Origin: the human T2T-CHM13v2.0 reference genome, Homo sapiens
Assembly: GCF_009914755.1 (NCBI RefSeq)
Contig: NC_060928.1
Strand: one strand, 5' to 3'
DNA length: 64,000 nucleotides
Shown: positions 19,808-31,800 of the stretch, piece after piece
Position numbering within the stretch: the first letter of the stretch is position 1
Layout: the number at the start of each line of letters is the position of its first letter
Notes under the pieces: model-generated
What the model saw: only the letters and a program-made list of their open reading frames with translations
The model's database searches: none
What the model was told of the DNA's origin: nothing
Position numbers and translations under genes: made by a program

Positions 19808-20315
19808 CCTTCAAGAGACTGAATCTTGCTTCCCAACACTAGCTTGCTATCTGAGACCATCTGCCTGCTGCTGGCTTTCCTGGCACAAACATTCTGCATG
19901 TAGGCACAGTGTGCTCCTGGACTCCATGTCACCTCGTTCACCCTCATGTTCCCTCGGTTCCTGTCCCCAGTCCAGCAAGCAGAACTGATTACAGATCTTA
20001 ACAGAAGATACAGATTGAAAATAACTTGCCTGTTCCCGTGGACTTTATCCACTAGTCAAGGAGGACAAGTGGACAAGGGGAGAGGGTAGGTGGGGGCTCC
20101 TTCCCTGTTCCTCCCATTCCACTTTATACAAACCCCAGCTAGACCACTGGGAGAGCAACAGAGGTTAAGAATGACTGCATCTAAATATTTAATTTGGCCC
20201 ACTCTTCTTCTGTCTTGAACACAAGGGTATCATGAGTTTTGTTTAAAGCACTACTGAAACCAAGATAAATTCTGGCTTAGCATGCCCCTGACAGATCAAT
20301 CTAGTAATCTTATCA

Positions 20316-20754
20316 AAAAGATTGAGAAATCGGATGGTTGCTGTGTCTGGGTAGAAAGAAGTAGACATGGGAGACTTTTCATTTTGTTCTGCACTAAGAA
20401 AAATTCTTCTGCCTTGGGATCCTGTTGATCTGTGACCTTACCCCCAACCCCTTGCTCTCTGAAACATGTGCTGTGTCCACTCAGGGTTGAATGGATTAAG
20501 GGCGGTGCAAGATGTGCTTTGTTAAACAGATGCTTGAAGGCAGCATGCTCGTTAAGAGTCATCACCACTCCCTACTCTCAAGTACCCAGGGACGCAAACA
20601 CTGCGGAAGCCCGCAGGGTCCTCTGCCTAGGAAAACCAGAGACCTTTGTTCACTTGTTTATCTGCTGACCTTCCCTCCACTATTGTCCTGTGACCCGGCC
20701 AAATCCCCCTCTGCGAGAAACACCCAAGAATGATCAATAAAAAAAAAAAAAAAA
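20316..20754 (+). mobile_element. 5'-truncated SVA (SINE-R part only)
   Basis: AAAAGATTGAGAAATCGGATGG...GAAACACCCAAGAATGATCAATAAA plus poly(A). Confidence 0.95.
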
Positions 20755-21315
20755 CCAAGATTACCTAAAAGCACTAACCAAAGGAAAACTCCCTCACCTC
20801 AACCCGTGACTGCTCACATTTTTCAGATTGAATAATTTCAATTGTATTTTAAGGTTGACTCTTTACCACCTCCAAGCTGCTCCTGAACACAACTATTATT
20901 TTTTAATTTTGAAAAATTTTTCACTTCTAGAATTTCCACTTGAGGCTTTGTTATTACTGTAGTTTCTTCTTCTCTGCTGTGATTTTCTATCCATTTATTA
21001 TAAGAGTTTTTGGGGTTTTGATTTTAGTAAGAATTATAATAACTACTTTAAAAAATCCATACTAATTCCAACATCTCGGTCGTCTCGAGGTCAGTCTCGA
21101 TTGATTGCCTTTTTCTTTGAATATGTTTCTTGGTATGTTTGATATAATGGGATTGAATCCTGAAGATTGTAAAAACTGGATATTTTTTGTTCCTCTGAAA
21201 ATTGATAATTTTTTGTATTTTTTTTTCTATTGTATACTTTACATTTTCCTCCAAGGGTTTTAACATTTCTAGTTCTCAAAACATTTACATTTATGTTAAA
21301 AATTATACAAAGTAG

Positions 21316-21840
21316 CTTGGTACAGTGGCTCCCATCTGTAATCCCAGCACTTTGAGAGGCCAAGGCAGGAGGGTCACTCGAGTCCAGGACTTGGAAACCA
21401 GCCTAGACAACAGGACAAGACCTTGTCTCCACAAAAAATTATTAGGGTGATACAAAAAGTAATTGCAGGTTTTGCCATTACTTTCAATGGCAAAACCCAC
21501 AATTCCTCTTGCACCAACCTGATAAAAAATAAGCTGGGTATGGTGGTGGTATGTGCCGGTGGTCTCAGCTATTTGGGAAGTGAAGGCAGAGGTGGGAGGA
21601 TTGCTTGAGCCCAGGAGTTCCAGACCACCCTGAGACCCTGTCTCTACGGGGAAAAAAAAAAAAAAAAAAAAAAATTAGCTGGGCCCACGTACCTGTGGTA
21701 CTAGCTACTTGGGAGGCAAAGGCAGAGGTGCCAGAATCACTTGAGCCCAGAAGCTCAAGGCTGCAGGGCACTGTGATTGTGCCACTGCACTCCAGCCTAA
21801 GTGATGGAGCATGACCCTGACTCCAGATAATAATAATAAT
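21316..21840 (+). mobile_element. Alu monomer plus AluJ cluster interrupted by MADE1
   Basis: Three tandem Alu arms separated by A-rich linkers. Confidence 0.75.
21442..21522. mobile_element. MADE1 mariner MITE
   Basis: ~80-bp palindrome TTAGGGTGATACAAAAAGTAATTGC...GCACCAACCTGA with TA duplication. Confidence 0.9.
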
Positions 21841-21916
21841 TACAAAAAGGAAAGACCTAGAACACCAGGTTAAAGTATTCTAAAATTTAGCTGACTTACT
21901 CTGCTCTCTATAAAAC

Positions 21917-22072
21917 AGGGTTGCCACAGAAAATATAGCATGCCCAGTTAATTTTAAATTTCAGATAAACAAATACTTTTTTCAGTGTAAGTATACCCCA
22001 TGCAATATTTGGGATATGCTTATACTAAAACTTATTCTTTGTTTATCTGAAATTGAAATTTAACTGGGTATT
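21917..22072. mobile_element. MER53 palindromic MITE
   Basis: cagggttgcca...cccagttaattttaaatttcagataaacaa...ttgtttatctgaaattgaaatttaactggg long inverted repeat. Confidence 0.85.
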
Positions 22073-22576
22073 ACATAATTATAGCAGCCTGACCATAAAA
22101 GATATGTAGGCTGAGCAAAATTCTACTTTAAACTTCAAGCTTTATAATAAATGCATTATTAATCAACAACTATTATTTACTGAGACCTGTGTAGATCCCC
22201 ATATTTATTTTTAAATGTGGAACTAGGAAATCTATATAAAGAACATTTATAGAAATGAATGACTGTTCTATAGAGCTGAAAGGAAAACTCTAGCTTTTAT
22301 TTTTCTCCCCAAACTTAAGCTTTATTTTACATTTGTATAAACAATAAAATTACCACTCAACTTTGGAAGCACAGATCATAATATGAAAATAAAGCAAAGA
22401 TCCCAGAAACATTTAACAGGCAACAAATCTTTGACATCATCTTACTATAGCAACTAAACGTATAATAATTTAGAACGATCCATTAATTATAAGAATAAAT
22501 TCTTTTACAAAGCATAACTATTAATATTATTTGACCATCATAAGAACAAACATTTTAACTAAAACACCATGAATAC

Positions 22577-22832
22577 TTTACAGAAAGGGGCGAGTTGCAG
22601 ACACAGTCCTTCTTGGATTTCTTTTAACACCAGGCTTTCTTCCCTTTTGACCTGAGCTGGGAGTTGAATATTTCCTCTCTTTGCCCTCTGACCCTCTAGT
22701 CTCTGAAGCATCTTTTGTACTAGAGGTGTGTGCAGAGACTTCCTGGAAATTTGGATCTGTAAATTGTGCTGTTGTATCTTCTAAGCACTGCAGTGATCTG
22801 GATATAGAGCTGTTGCTCTTGCTTGTATAAGT
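22577..22832 (-). pseudogene. MLLT10P2: Unprocessed MLLT10 (AF10) single-exon duplicon (probably MLLT10P2)
   Basis: 256-bp exon translating TYTSKSNSSISRSLQCLEDTTAQFTDPNFQEVSAHTSSTKDASETRGSEGK...QKGRKPG...VSATRPFL*; upstream pyrimidine tract, AG lost, GT donor kept. Confidence 0.85.
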
Positions 22833-24101
22833 GTAATATTCTGATTCAAAAAAGGAAGTGAAAGGAAGGGAGTTGATTACATTTGGCTACAGAAAAAAAA
22901 AGATGACACTAATAATAAAAATAAATAATAATTGTACTTGTAATATAAACATCTGAAAGTTTTAGTTCTAAGAATGGCAGTCCACATAAGAAAATTAGGT
23001 AAAAATAATTAATATCTATTATAATTATTTTTCTTTAACCAAAGAAAAAGTATAATTTAAAGATGGCTGTTTAAGCATCAAATTGCAGCCATTGGTAAAA
23101 GTAGATATTAGTCATATTTATTAAGTGACACACAGTGATACTGAAGGCACTTGTTTCTCAGCAACATCATTTTTTCCCCAATAAGAACGTACTGCATCCT
23201 AGACGTGAAATGAAAATAAGCTTTAATTTTCACCACAGGAGGGCGACAACCAGAGAACTGAGGGGGTACAGATCCATTAGAGGACCATATCCATGAGCTT
23301 AAAATGCTCTACTGTAAGAGCAAGAATTTTTAAAGAATCTCGGTGAAGGCTCCTTTTCAAAAAAGCACAAAGATTAAAGCCTTTGAAATGTAAATTATTT
23401 TTTGCAGTTATTACATTGAGGACAAAGTTATAGTCGCAAAGTTAAGATTTTTATAACTATCCCTAAAATTGATCCTCAGTGACTCCTTGATCTACATATG
23501 TTAAGGAAAAAGGCAAGACACAGATATGTTTAAATAGTTTCCAATTTTCAGTAATCAGCTTCAATATAAGGTATACCCAAATAATGGTGAATTAAATGAC
23601 CATGAAAGCACGTTATAGCAGATGCCCGCTCATCAATATGCCTTGAAATTAAAGGTTTATAAGGTGCATAAGGGCAAAGGTTTTGATGTTGCCATTACAT
23701 TCGCAAAAGTATGTGAGGCACGTACAGCATGAAGTTCACTAAGTGCTTGCAACATAACCAGCACTAAATTTTGTTGAATAAATAAATGAATACTTTTGTA
23801 TAGCATCTGTTCAAAATCTGATGTAAAAATGAAAATAATCTGAAAATATGCAAAACTGAAATTTCCCACAGACGGCTGCCAATTCATACAAACCATAAGA
23901 TGAATTTCAAAATGAGAACGTGACAATAAAATCAAGTTTCAAAATGGCTGGCCTTTTTTTTTTTTAGCAAAACCCATGTTCAAAAAAAGGAATAAGACAT
24001 CAAATGTTTTGAGAACCAAAATTTTACTGCTGCTTTTCTAACACCCTGTTGCTAACCTGAGCCCCCATCCTCTTACTGTCAATAACAGATTTTCATCATC
24101 A

Positions 24102-24452
<351 letters not shown>

Positions 24453-24799
24453 CTAACAAACCACAGTCCACAAATAAGAAGTTTCAAAAAGTAAGTTTAA
24501 AAGAAAAAAATTTTTACCAACCACTCACTTTTAAGCTGATAAAACTGCATGGCTTCCTTAAGAAACAAGAATCCCTTCGATGCTGAGCAGGTCAGTTTGG
24601 AAACCACCCCACCTCATTTTTCAGTACTTTTTTCCAAATACTTGAGTTGATCCTGAGGTTCTCTATTTCTCTCACATTTGATCCTTGCATGACTTACTGA
24701 AGTTGAAAAGTTATTTAAGAAGACACAGTGGTGTTCTTCACTCATGTAATTTGTTCATGTATCAAATAAAGGATGGAGAGAAAACTGGATGAAATACCA

Positions 24800-27020
24800 G
24801 AAGTTAAGAGATACATCAAAAACAGTACCATGAGGGAAAAATTTATAGCTATAAATGATTATAAAACATAAGATACTGAATCAACAACTTTACTCCTAAG
24901 GAACTAAAAACAGAGGGAAAAAGAGGGACAACTAAAAGCTAGCAAAATTTTAAAAATGATAAAGATAGCAGTGGAAATAAGTGAAATAGAGAACAGAAAA
25001 GCAATATCAAAAATCAACAAAACCAAGTTTATTCTCTGGAAAAGATCAAAACTGACAAAAATTTTATCTAGATTGACTAAGAAAAAAAGGGAATACTCAA
25101 ATTACGAAACTCAGAAGAAAAATGGGTACATTACTAACAAATTTTTGGAGTAAAAAAAGGATGTAGGAGAGTACCATAAGGAACTATACACTAAAAAATT
25201 GAATAACCTAAATAAAATGAACAAATTCCTAGAAACAAAAAACCTACTAAGACTGAATCAGAAAAGTTGAATAAACCTATTCAGCAAGGAGATTCAGCAG
25301 GAAGATGGCATAAGTAATCAAAAACCCAGCAACAAAGAAAAGCCTGGACCAGATGGCTTCACTGTTGAATTCTACCCAACGTTTAAAGCAGAATTAACAC
25401 CAGTTTTTCTCAAACTTTTTCAAAACGTTGAAGAGGAGGTAATGTTTTCTAACTTATTCTATGAGGCCAGTATTACCTTGACACCAAGCCAGACAAAGGC
25501 ACCATAAGAAAACTACAAACAAACATCCCTTACAAATGCTGATGCAAAAATCCTCAACAAAATACCAGCAACTCAAACTTAGCAGTACACTAAAAGGATT
25601 ATACACTATGAATGAGTATAATTGACTCCTGAAATAAAAGTATATTCCAACACATGAAAATCAGCGTAATATCACATTAACATAAAGAAGGAAAAAAGCC
25701 TCATGTGATCACATTTTAATCAAAGAAGAAAAAGCATTTGTCAAAATTTAACCCACATTCATGATAAAATGTACTTAATAAACTATAAAAAGAAAGAAAA
25801 CACTTTAACATAATGTCATACAAAAAACAAAAACACAGCTAATGTGGTGAAAGACTGAAAGCTTTTACCCTAAGAGCAAAAACAAGGATGCCTGCTTTTA
25901 CTACTTCTGTTTAATATAGTACTGAGGATTCTAGTTAGTTAAAACATGAGTAAAAGAATAAAAGATATTCCAATTTTTTTAAAAGTAAAATTATCTGTTT
26001 GCAGATGACATAACCTTATATATTAAAAATCTTTTGGTTTCTGTGAAATAAACTGTCAGATACAATAAACAAAATTCAGCAAAGCTGCAGGATACAAAAT
26101 CAATACACAAAAATCAGTTGTATTTCTACAATAACAATAAACTATCTGAAGAAGAAATCAAGACAACAGTATCATGTATGATAGCATCAAAAGAATAAAA
26201 TACTTAGAAACCCACTTAACCAAGAAAATGAAAAACCTGTACAGCAAAAACTATAAACATGGCATGAACGTATTAAAGATGACAAATAAATGAAAAGACA
26301 TCATGTGTTTATGGACTGGAAGACAAAACCTTGTCAAGATGCCATTGTTATCTATAGTCATCTACAGATTCAATAAAATCACTATAAAAATTCCAATATT
26401 TGCAAAAATAGAAAAACCTATTCTAAAATTCAGATGAAATCTCAAAAAATCCCAAGTAGCCAAATCAATCTTAAAAACTAACAAAGTTAGAGGACTAACA
26501 CCTCCTGGTTTCAAACTTACTGCAATGCTTCAGTACCCAAAACTTGTACCAGCATAGAGACAGAGACAAAGACCAATGCGATAGAAATAAAGAACCAAAA
26601 AATATGGTCATGATTTTTAACACAGGAGTCAACACTATTCAATGGGAAACGATGGTATTTTTTGAATGGTGTTTAAAATGGATATTTACATATACCCATA
26701 TGTATGTATATATCCCAAATTAGCTTTTTGTCTGTCATGTATGTGGCAGATCTATTTCCCCAGTCTGTTGACTTTTGACTTAGAGGCATTTTTCTCTCAC
26801 ACAAAGTTTCAATTTTTATGGAGTCAAATACATCAGTCTTCTATTCAGTGACTTCTTCATGGGAATGGTGTTTGATTTTAGGATGATAAAGAAGTTGTAG
26901 ATATGGATAAATTAGATAAACTAGATGGTTGGACAACACTGAATATACTGGATGCCACAGAACTGTACATTTAAACATGGTTAAAATGGTAAGTTTTATG
27001 TTGTGTATATTTTACCACCA
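24800..27020 (+). mobile_element. Old L1M (L1MB-like) ORF2 and 3' end remnants
   Basis: Degenerate ORF2 (ggaccagatggcttcactg, gtttgcagatgacata) and 3' end aaaatggtaagttttatgttgtgtatattttaccac. Confidence 0.8.
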
Positions 27021-28334
27021 AAAAAGGGCCAGGCTTAGATGTTTACATGTTAGGGGTTTGGAGTACCTCTAACATTTATTCCCCTCCAGGGGAATAATTT
27101 ATAAACACCCACACAAGAAAAGTAGATACTGACTTCACAAATCTCCTTACAAGTCCCACAGCAAGGGCTGTCTGGGAAAGCAGAGATGGAAAAAGTCACA
27201 TAAACTTGAGGTCAGTGTGAGACCTCCCATCCCCTACTCTGGAATCAGATGGAGGAAGGCAGGCATGCAGGCTGAGCTGGAGAGATGAGCTGGGGTGGGC
27301 AGAACTGTCCTCCCATGAGCCCAGACCTTAACTGCTCCCACATGCTCCCAGGCATGTATCAAACCAAGAAAGCGGCTAGGAGGGCAACACAGCTACCTGT
27401 ATACAGGGAGCTATGAAATATCTGAGCTGCGCAAGTGATGCACAAGGAGATGGAAGCAGTCTGACCTTTACACAGTGACCTGGCTCAAATAATTTCAGGC
27501 TCTCAATCAGGCGAGCTCCACTTTCTCTCTGAGGTAGGTAAACTTGAGGGGTTTAAGTGGGAGTTGAGGATAATGGAAAAGAAAGCCTGGTAGTATTTCT
27601 TCTAATTCTGTTATAAATAAAAAGTAAAACAAATGCCTTTTCTCAGGGCCCAAATGTTAGGTGAAAAAATGTCATCTCAGTCATGTGATGTGGACTTCAG
27701 CAGAGCAGTACCCTCATGGTCATTTATCCTTTCCCTCTGCATGTTGTGTGCTTTTTCAGTTTACAATGTACCTGATCCACTTGTCTCATCACACTAGCTG
27801 CAAACAAGGCCACTGCATGTCACACCAGGTGGCCAGCATGTCTGTGAAGGGCAGAAACGGGGGCAGCCAAACAGCTGGCAGAGGCCAGCTAGTAAGTACC
27901 TGATGCCCACTCCATAGAGGACTCCACACTTAAAAGACAAGATAAGCAAGTGTCAGGCTGCCTCACTAGTTATCCCCCCAAATAAAAAAATAAAAGTAAC
28001 CCCTCCAGGGAACATGTTTGTGTGTACACAAAGTACATGCACACAGCTACATGCAAACGGGAAAGGCTGGGAAGGAACCAAATCCACCTCTGAACACCAG
28101 TTACTTGTGGGGAAGGGGCACGTGAAGCCAACTGTCAGCATTACTCACCTTTTCAACTGATGAGCTTGCATCAATTTTGGCAATTTCTCATAAAAAGACA
28201 ATTTTCACTCCTTGGGTGATCACCCAGGTCCTGCAAAACTGAGCCACCAACAACCACCTGCACCACTTCCCATGAGGCCAAATAATGGCTTCCCTCAAAG
28301 CTCAGCCCTCCCACCCACCTCCCAGTCCTGTACC

Positions 28335-28397
28335 GTGCAGGGGGGCTGCCGGCCTCCTGGGGTGCAGGGGGGCTGCCGGCCTCCTGGGGTGCAGGGG
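28335..28397 (+). repeat. 27-bp tandem repeat, ~2.3 copies
   Basis: GTGCAGGGGGGCTGCCGGCCTCCTGGG at 28335 and 28362, partial copy at 28389. Confidence 0.9.
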
Positions 28398-28856
28398 TCC
28401 AGGCCAAACCCAACCTACAGATGGTTGGTGAAACCAGCACGTATCCAAGGGCCTTTTCCCCACCTGGGCCATGTGCCGACTGCATAGATAGGCCTGTGCT
28501 TGCTCCCCCTAGGACAGAGATTCCCTTTTCTTCCATTGGAATGAGGGGTGGGGAGATTTGATGGTATTCTGTACAGGTTGGATGTTAATCTGATGTGGTG
28601 CTCTTGGAAAAGCTTGCCTGAGTTCGGCGCTTTCTCAGCACATGGTGTGTGCTGCCCCTTCAAGCTGCAGAAACCCCAGAAGGTAAGTGCTAACTGCAAC
28701 CCCCATTTACTGGTGAGCAGAGGTCAGGTGATCTGCAGCCAGCCAAGCAGCTGCTAAGTGGCCAACAGGCTGGATCTGCATCTCACTTGCAGAGGCCCTG
28801 CCTGGCTGCTGGGACTGCCCTGAGACTCCCTCCTCCTCCTCCTCTTCCCTCCACAG

Positions 28857-31800
28857 CTCTCCCAGCTTCTATCCACAGCTGTGCTCCAGGTGGGGAACAC
28901 CTATGGCTGCACCAGGGTGCAACTACTCAGACTCCAGCGTGCAGAAAGGCCCCGGCTCCATGCTGTTTCCATATCCCAGCCCAAGCTCGTCTAGAGCTTC
29001 AGCAAATCCAAGCTTCCCTGAATTCCCTGCAAGACTAAACCAAGCCCTACAACCCCCACTACACTGGTTAGCTGCCAGTCCGAGCCCCTGCTGCCTCCTG
29101 GGCCCCTGTCTGTACAGTTCTGGAGTCCTACAAGAATGCTGAGATCGTAAGCCGACTCTCACCCAAAGAGGTAAACAACCAGGGACCTCCAGGGGTGGAG
29201 AACATACCCAGACAGGTTCTGCTGCCTGTAGGCTTCATGTCCTTCCCCTACAACACGCCATGCTTGCCAGGCTGGAAGAGGGGCTCCAGAAACTTGGGAA
29301 ACCTGGGCCTGTAGCTGGCATGTGGAAAAGAGGCCTGGAAAAGCACCACTCCTGTCCATGAAGCCCCCACATGGAACCAGGTAATTGGGAAATACATGGG
29401 CACCAAGCCTGACGCCCTCCTCAGACCCAGGTGGGAACTGCAGCAGTGACTTGCCCCCTCTGCCTCTGGCTGTACCACTATGAGAGGGAGGAACATCCAG
29501 GTCCACACGTGAGTGGAGACACCAGGTGTGGGCAGGTTCCAGTGATTGCTGCAGCTGAACCTTCCCAAGCAGGTCCATGCAAGACCATCTCAGATGGGTG
29601 TGCACCTGGATTGGGCAAGGACACCCCTCAGAGAGTGAGGGCCACTGAGGGGGGCTGTCACAGAGTCCCCTTTTCCTGCTCCTAGAACAGGCTGGGGGAG
29701 TGTGGGGGAGTGTGGGGGAGTGTGGGGGAGTGTGGGGGAGGTTGGGGGAGGTTGGGGGAGGTTGGGGGAGGTTGGGGGAGTGTGGGGGAGTGTGGGGGAG
29801 TGTGGGGAAGTGTGGGGGAGGAGTGTGGGGGAGTGTGGGGGAGGAGTGTGGGGGAGTGTGGGGGAGTGTGGGGGAGTGTGGGGGAGTGTGGGGGAGTGTG
29901 GGGGAGGTTGGGGGAGGTTGGGGAAGTGTGGGGGAGTGTGGGGGAGGTTGGGGGAGGTTGGGGGAGGTTGGGGAAGTGTGGGGGAGTGTGGGGGAGTGTG
30001 GGGGAGGTTGGGGGAGTGTGGGGGAGTGTGGGGGAGTGTGGGGGAGTGTGGGGGAGTGTGGGGGGGAGTGTGGGGGAGTGTGGGGGGGAGTGTGGGGGAG
30101 TGTGGGGGAGTGTGGGGGAGGTTGGGGGAGGTTGGGGAAGTGTGGGGGAGGAGTGTGGGGGAGTGTGGGGGAGTGTGGGGGGGAGTGTGGGGGAGTGTGG
30201 GGGAGGAGTGTGGGGGAGTGTGGGGGAGTGTGGGGGAGTGTGGGGGAGTGTGGGGGAGTGTGGGGGAGGTTGGGGGAGGTTGGGGAAGTGTGGGGGAGTG
30301 TGGGGGAGGTTGGGGAAGTGTGGGGGAGTGTGGGGGAGGTTGGGGGAGGTTGGGGGAGGTTGGGGAAGTGTGGGGGAGTGTGGGGGAGTGTGGGGGAGGT
30401 TGGGGGAGGTTGGGGAAGTGTGGGGGAGTGTGGGGGAGGTTGGGGGAGGTTGGGGAAGTGTGGGGGAGTGTGGGGGAGGTTGGGGGAGGTTGGGGAAGTG
30501 TGGGGGAGTGTGGGGGAGGTTGGGGGAGGTTGGGGGAGGTTGGGGAAGTGTGGGGGAGTGTGGGGGAGGTTGGGGGAGTGTGGGGGAGTGTGGGGGAGTG
30601 TGGGGGAGTGTGGGGGGGAGTGTGGGGGAGTGTGGGGGAGTGTGGGGGGGAGTGTGGGGGAGTGTGGGGGAGGTTGGGGGAGGTTGGGGAAGTGTGGGGG
30701 AGGAGTGTGGGGGAGTGTGGGGGAGTGTGGGGGGGAGTGTGGGGGAGTGTGGGGGAGTGTGGGGGAGGTTGGGGGAGTGTGGGGGAGTGTGGGGGAGTGT
30801 GGGGGAGTGTGGGGGAGTGTGGGGGGGAGTGTGGGGGAGTGTGGGGGGGAGTGTGGGGGAGTGTGGGGGAGTGTGGGGGAGGTTGGGGGAGTGTGGGGGA
30901 GTGTGGGGGAGGTTGGGGGAGTGTGGGGGAGGTTGGGGGAGTGTGGGGGAGTGTGGGCGAGTGTGGGGGAGTGTGGGGGAGGTTGGGGGAGGTTGGGGAA
31001 GTGTGGGGGAGTGTGGGGGAGGTTGGGGGAGGTTGGGGAAGTGTGGGGGAGTGTGGGGGAGTGTGGGGGAGGTTGGGGGAGTGTGGGGGAGTGTGGGGGG
31101 GAGTGTGGGGGAGTGTGGGGGAGGTTGGGGGAGGTTGGGGAAGTGTGGGGGAGGAGTGTGGGGGAGTGTGGGGGAGTGTGGGGGGGAGGGTGGGGGAGTG
31201 TGGGGGAGGTTGGGGGAGGTTGGGCGAGTGTGGGCGAGTGTGGGCAAGTGTGGGGGAGGGTGGGGGAGTGTGGGGGAGTGTGGGGGAGGTTGGGGGAGGT
31301 TGGGGGAGGTTGGGGAAGTGTGGGGGAGTGTGGGGGAGTGTGGGGGAGGTTGGGGGAGTGTGGGGGAGTGTGGGGGGGAGTGTGGGGGAGTGTGGGGGAG
31401 GTTGGGGGAGGTTGGGGAAGTGTGGGGGAGGAGTGTGGGGGAGTGTGGGGGAGTGTGGGGGGGAGGGTGGGGGAGTGTGGGGGAGGTTGGGGGAGGTTGG
31501 GCGAGTGTGGGCGAGTGTGGGCAAGTGTGGGGGAGGGTGGGGGAGTGTGGGGGAGGTTGGGGAAGTGTGGGGGAGTGTGGGGGAGTGTGGGCGAGTGTGG
31601 GCAAGTGTGGGGGAGGGTGGGGGAGTGTGGGGGAGTGTGGGGGAGGTTGGGGGAGTGTGGGGGAGGTTGGGGAAGTGTGGGGGAGTGTGGGGGAGTGTGG
31701 GCGAGTGTGGGGGAGGTTGGGGAAGTGTGGGGGAGTGTGGGGGAGTGTGGGCGAGTGTGGGCAAGTGTGGGGGAGGGTGGGGGAGTGTGGGGGAGTGTGG

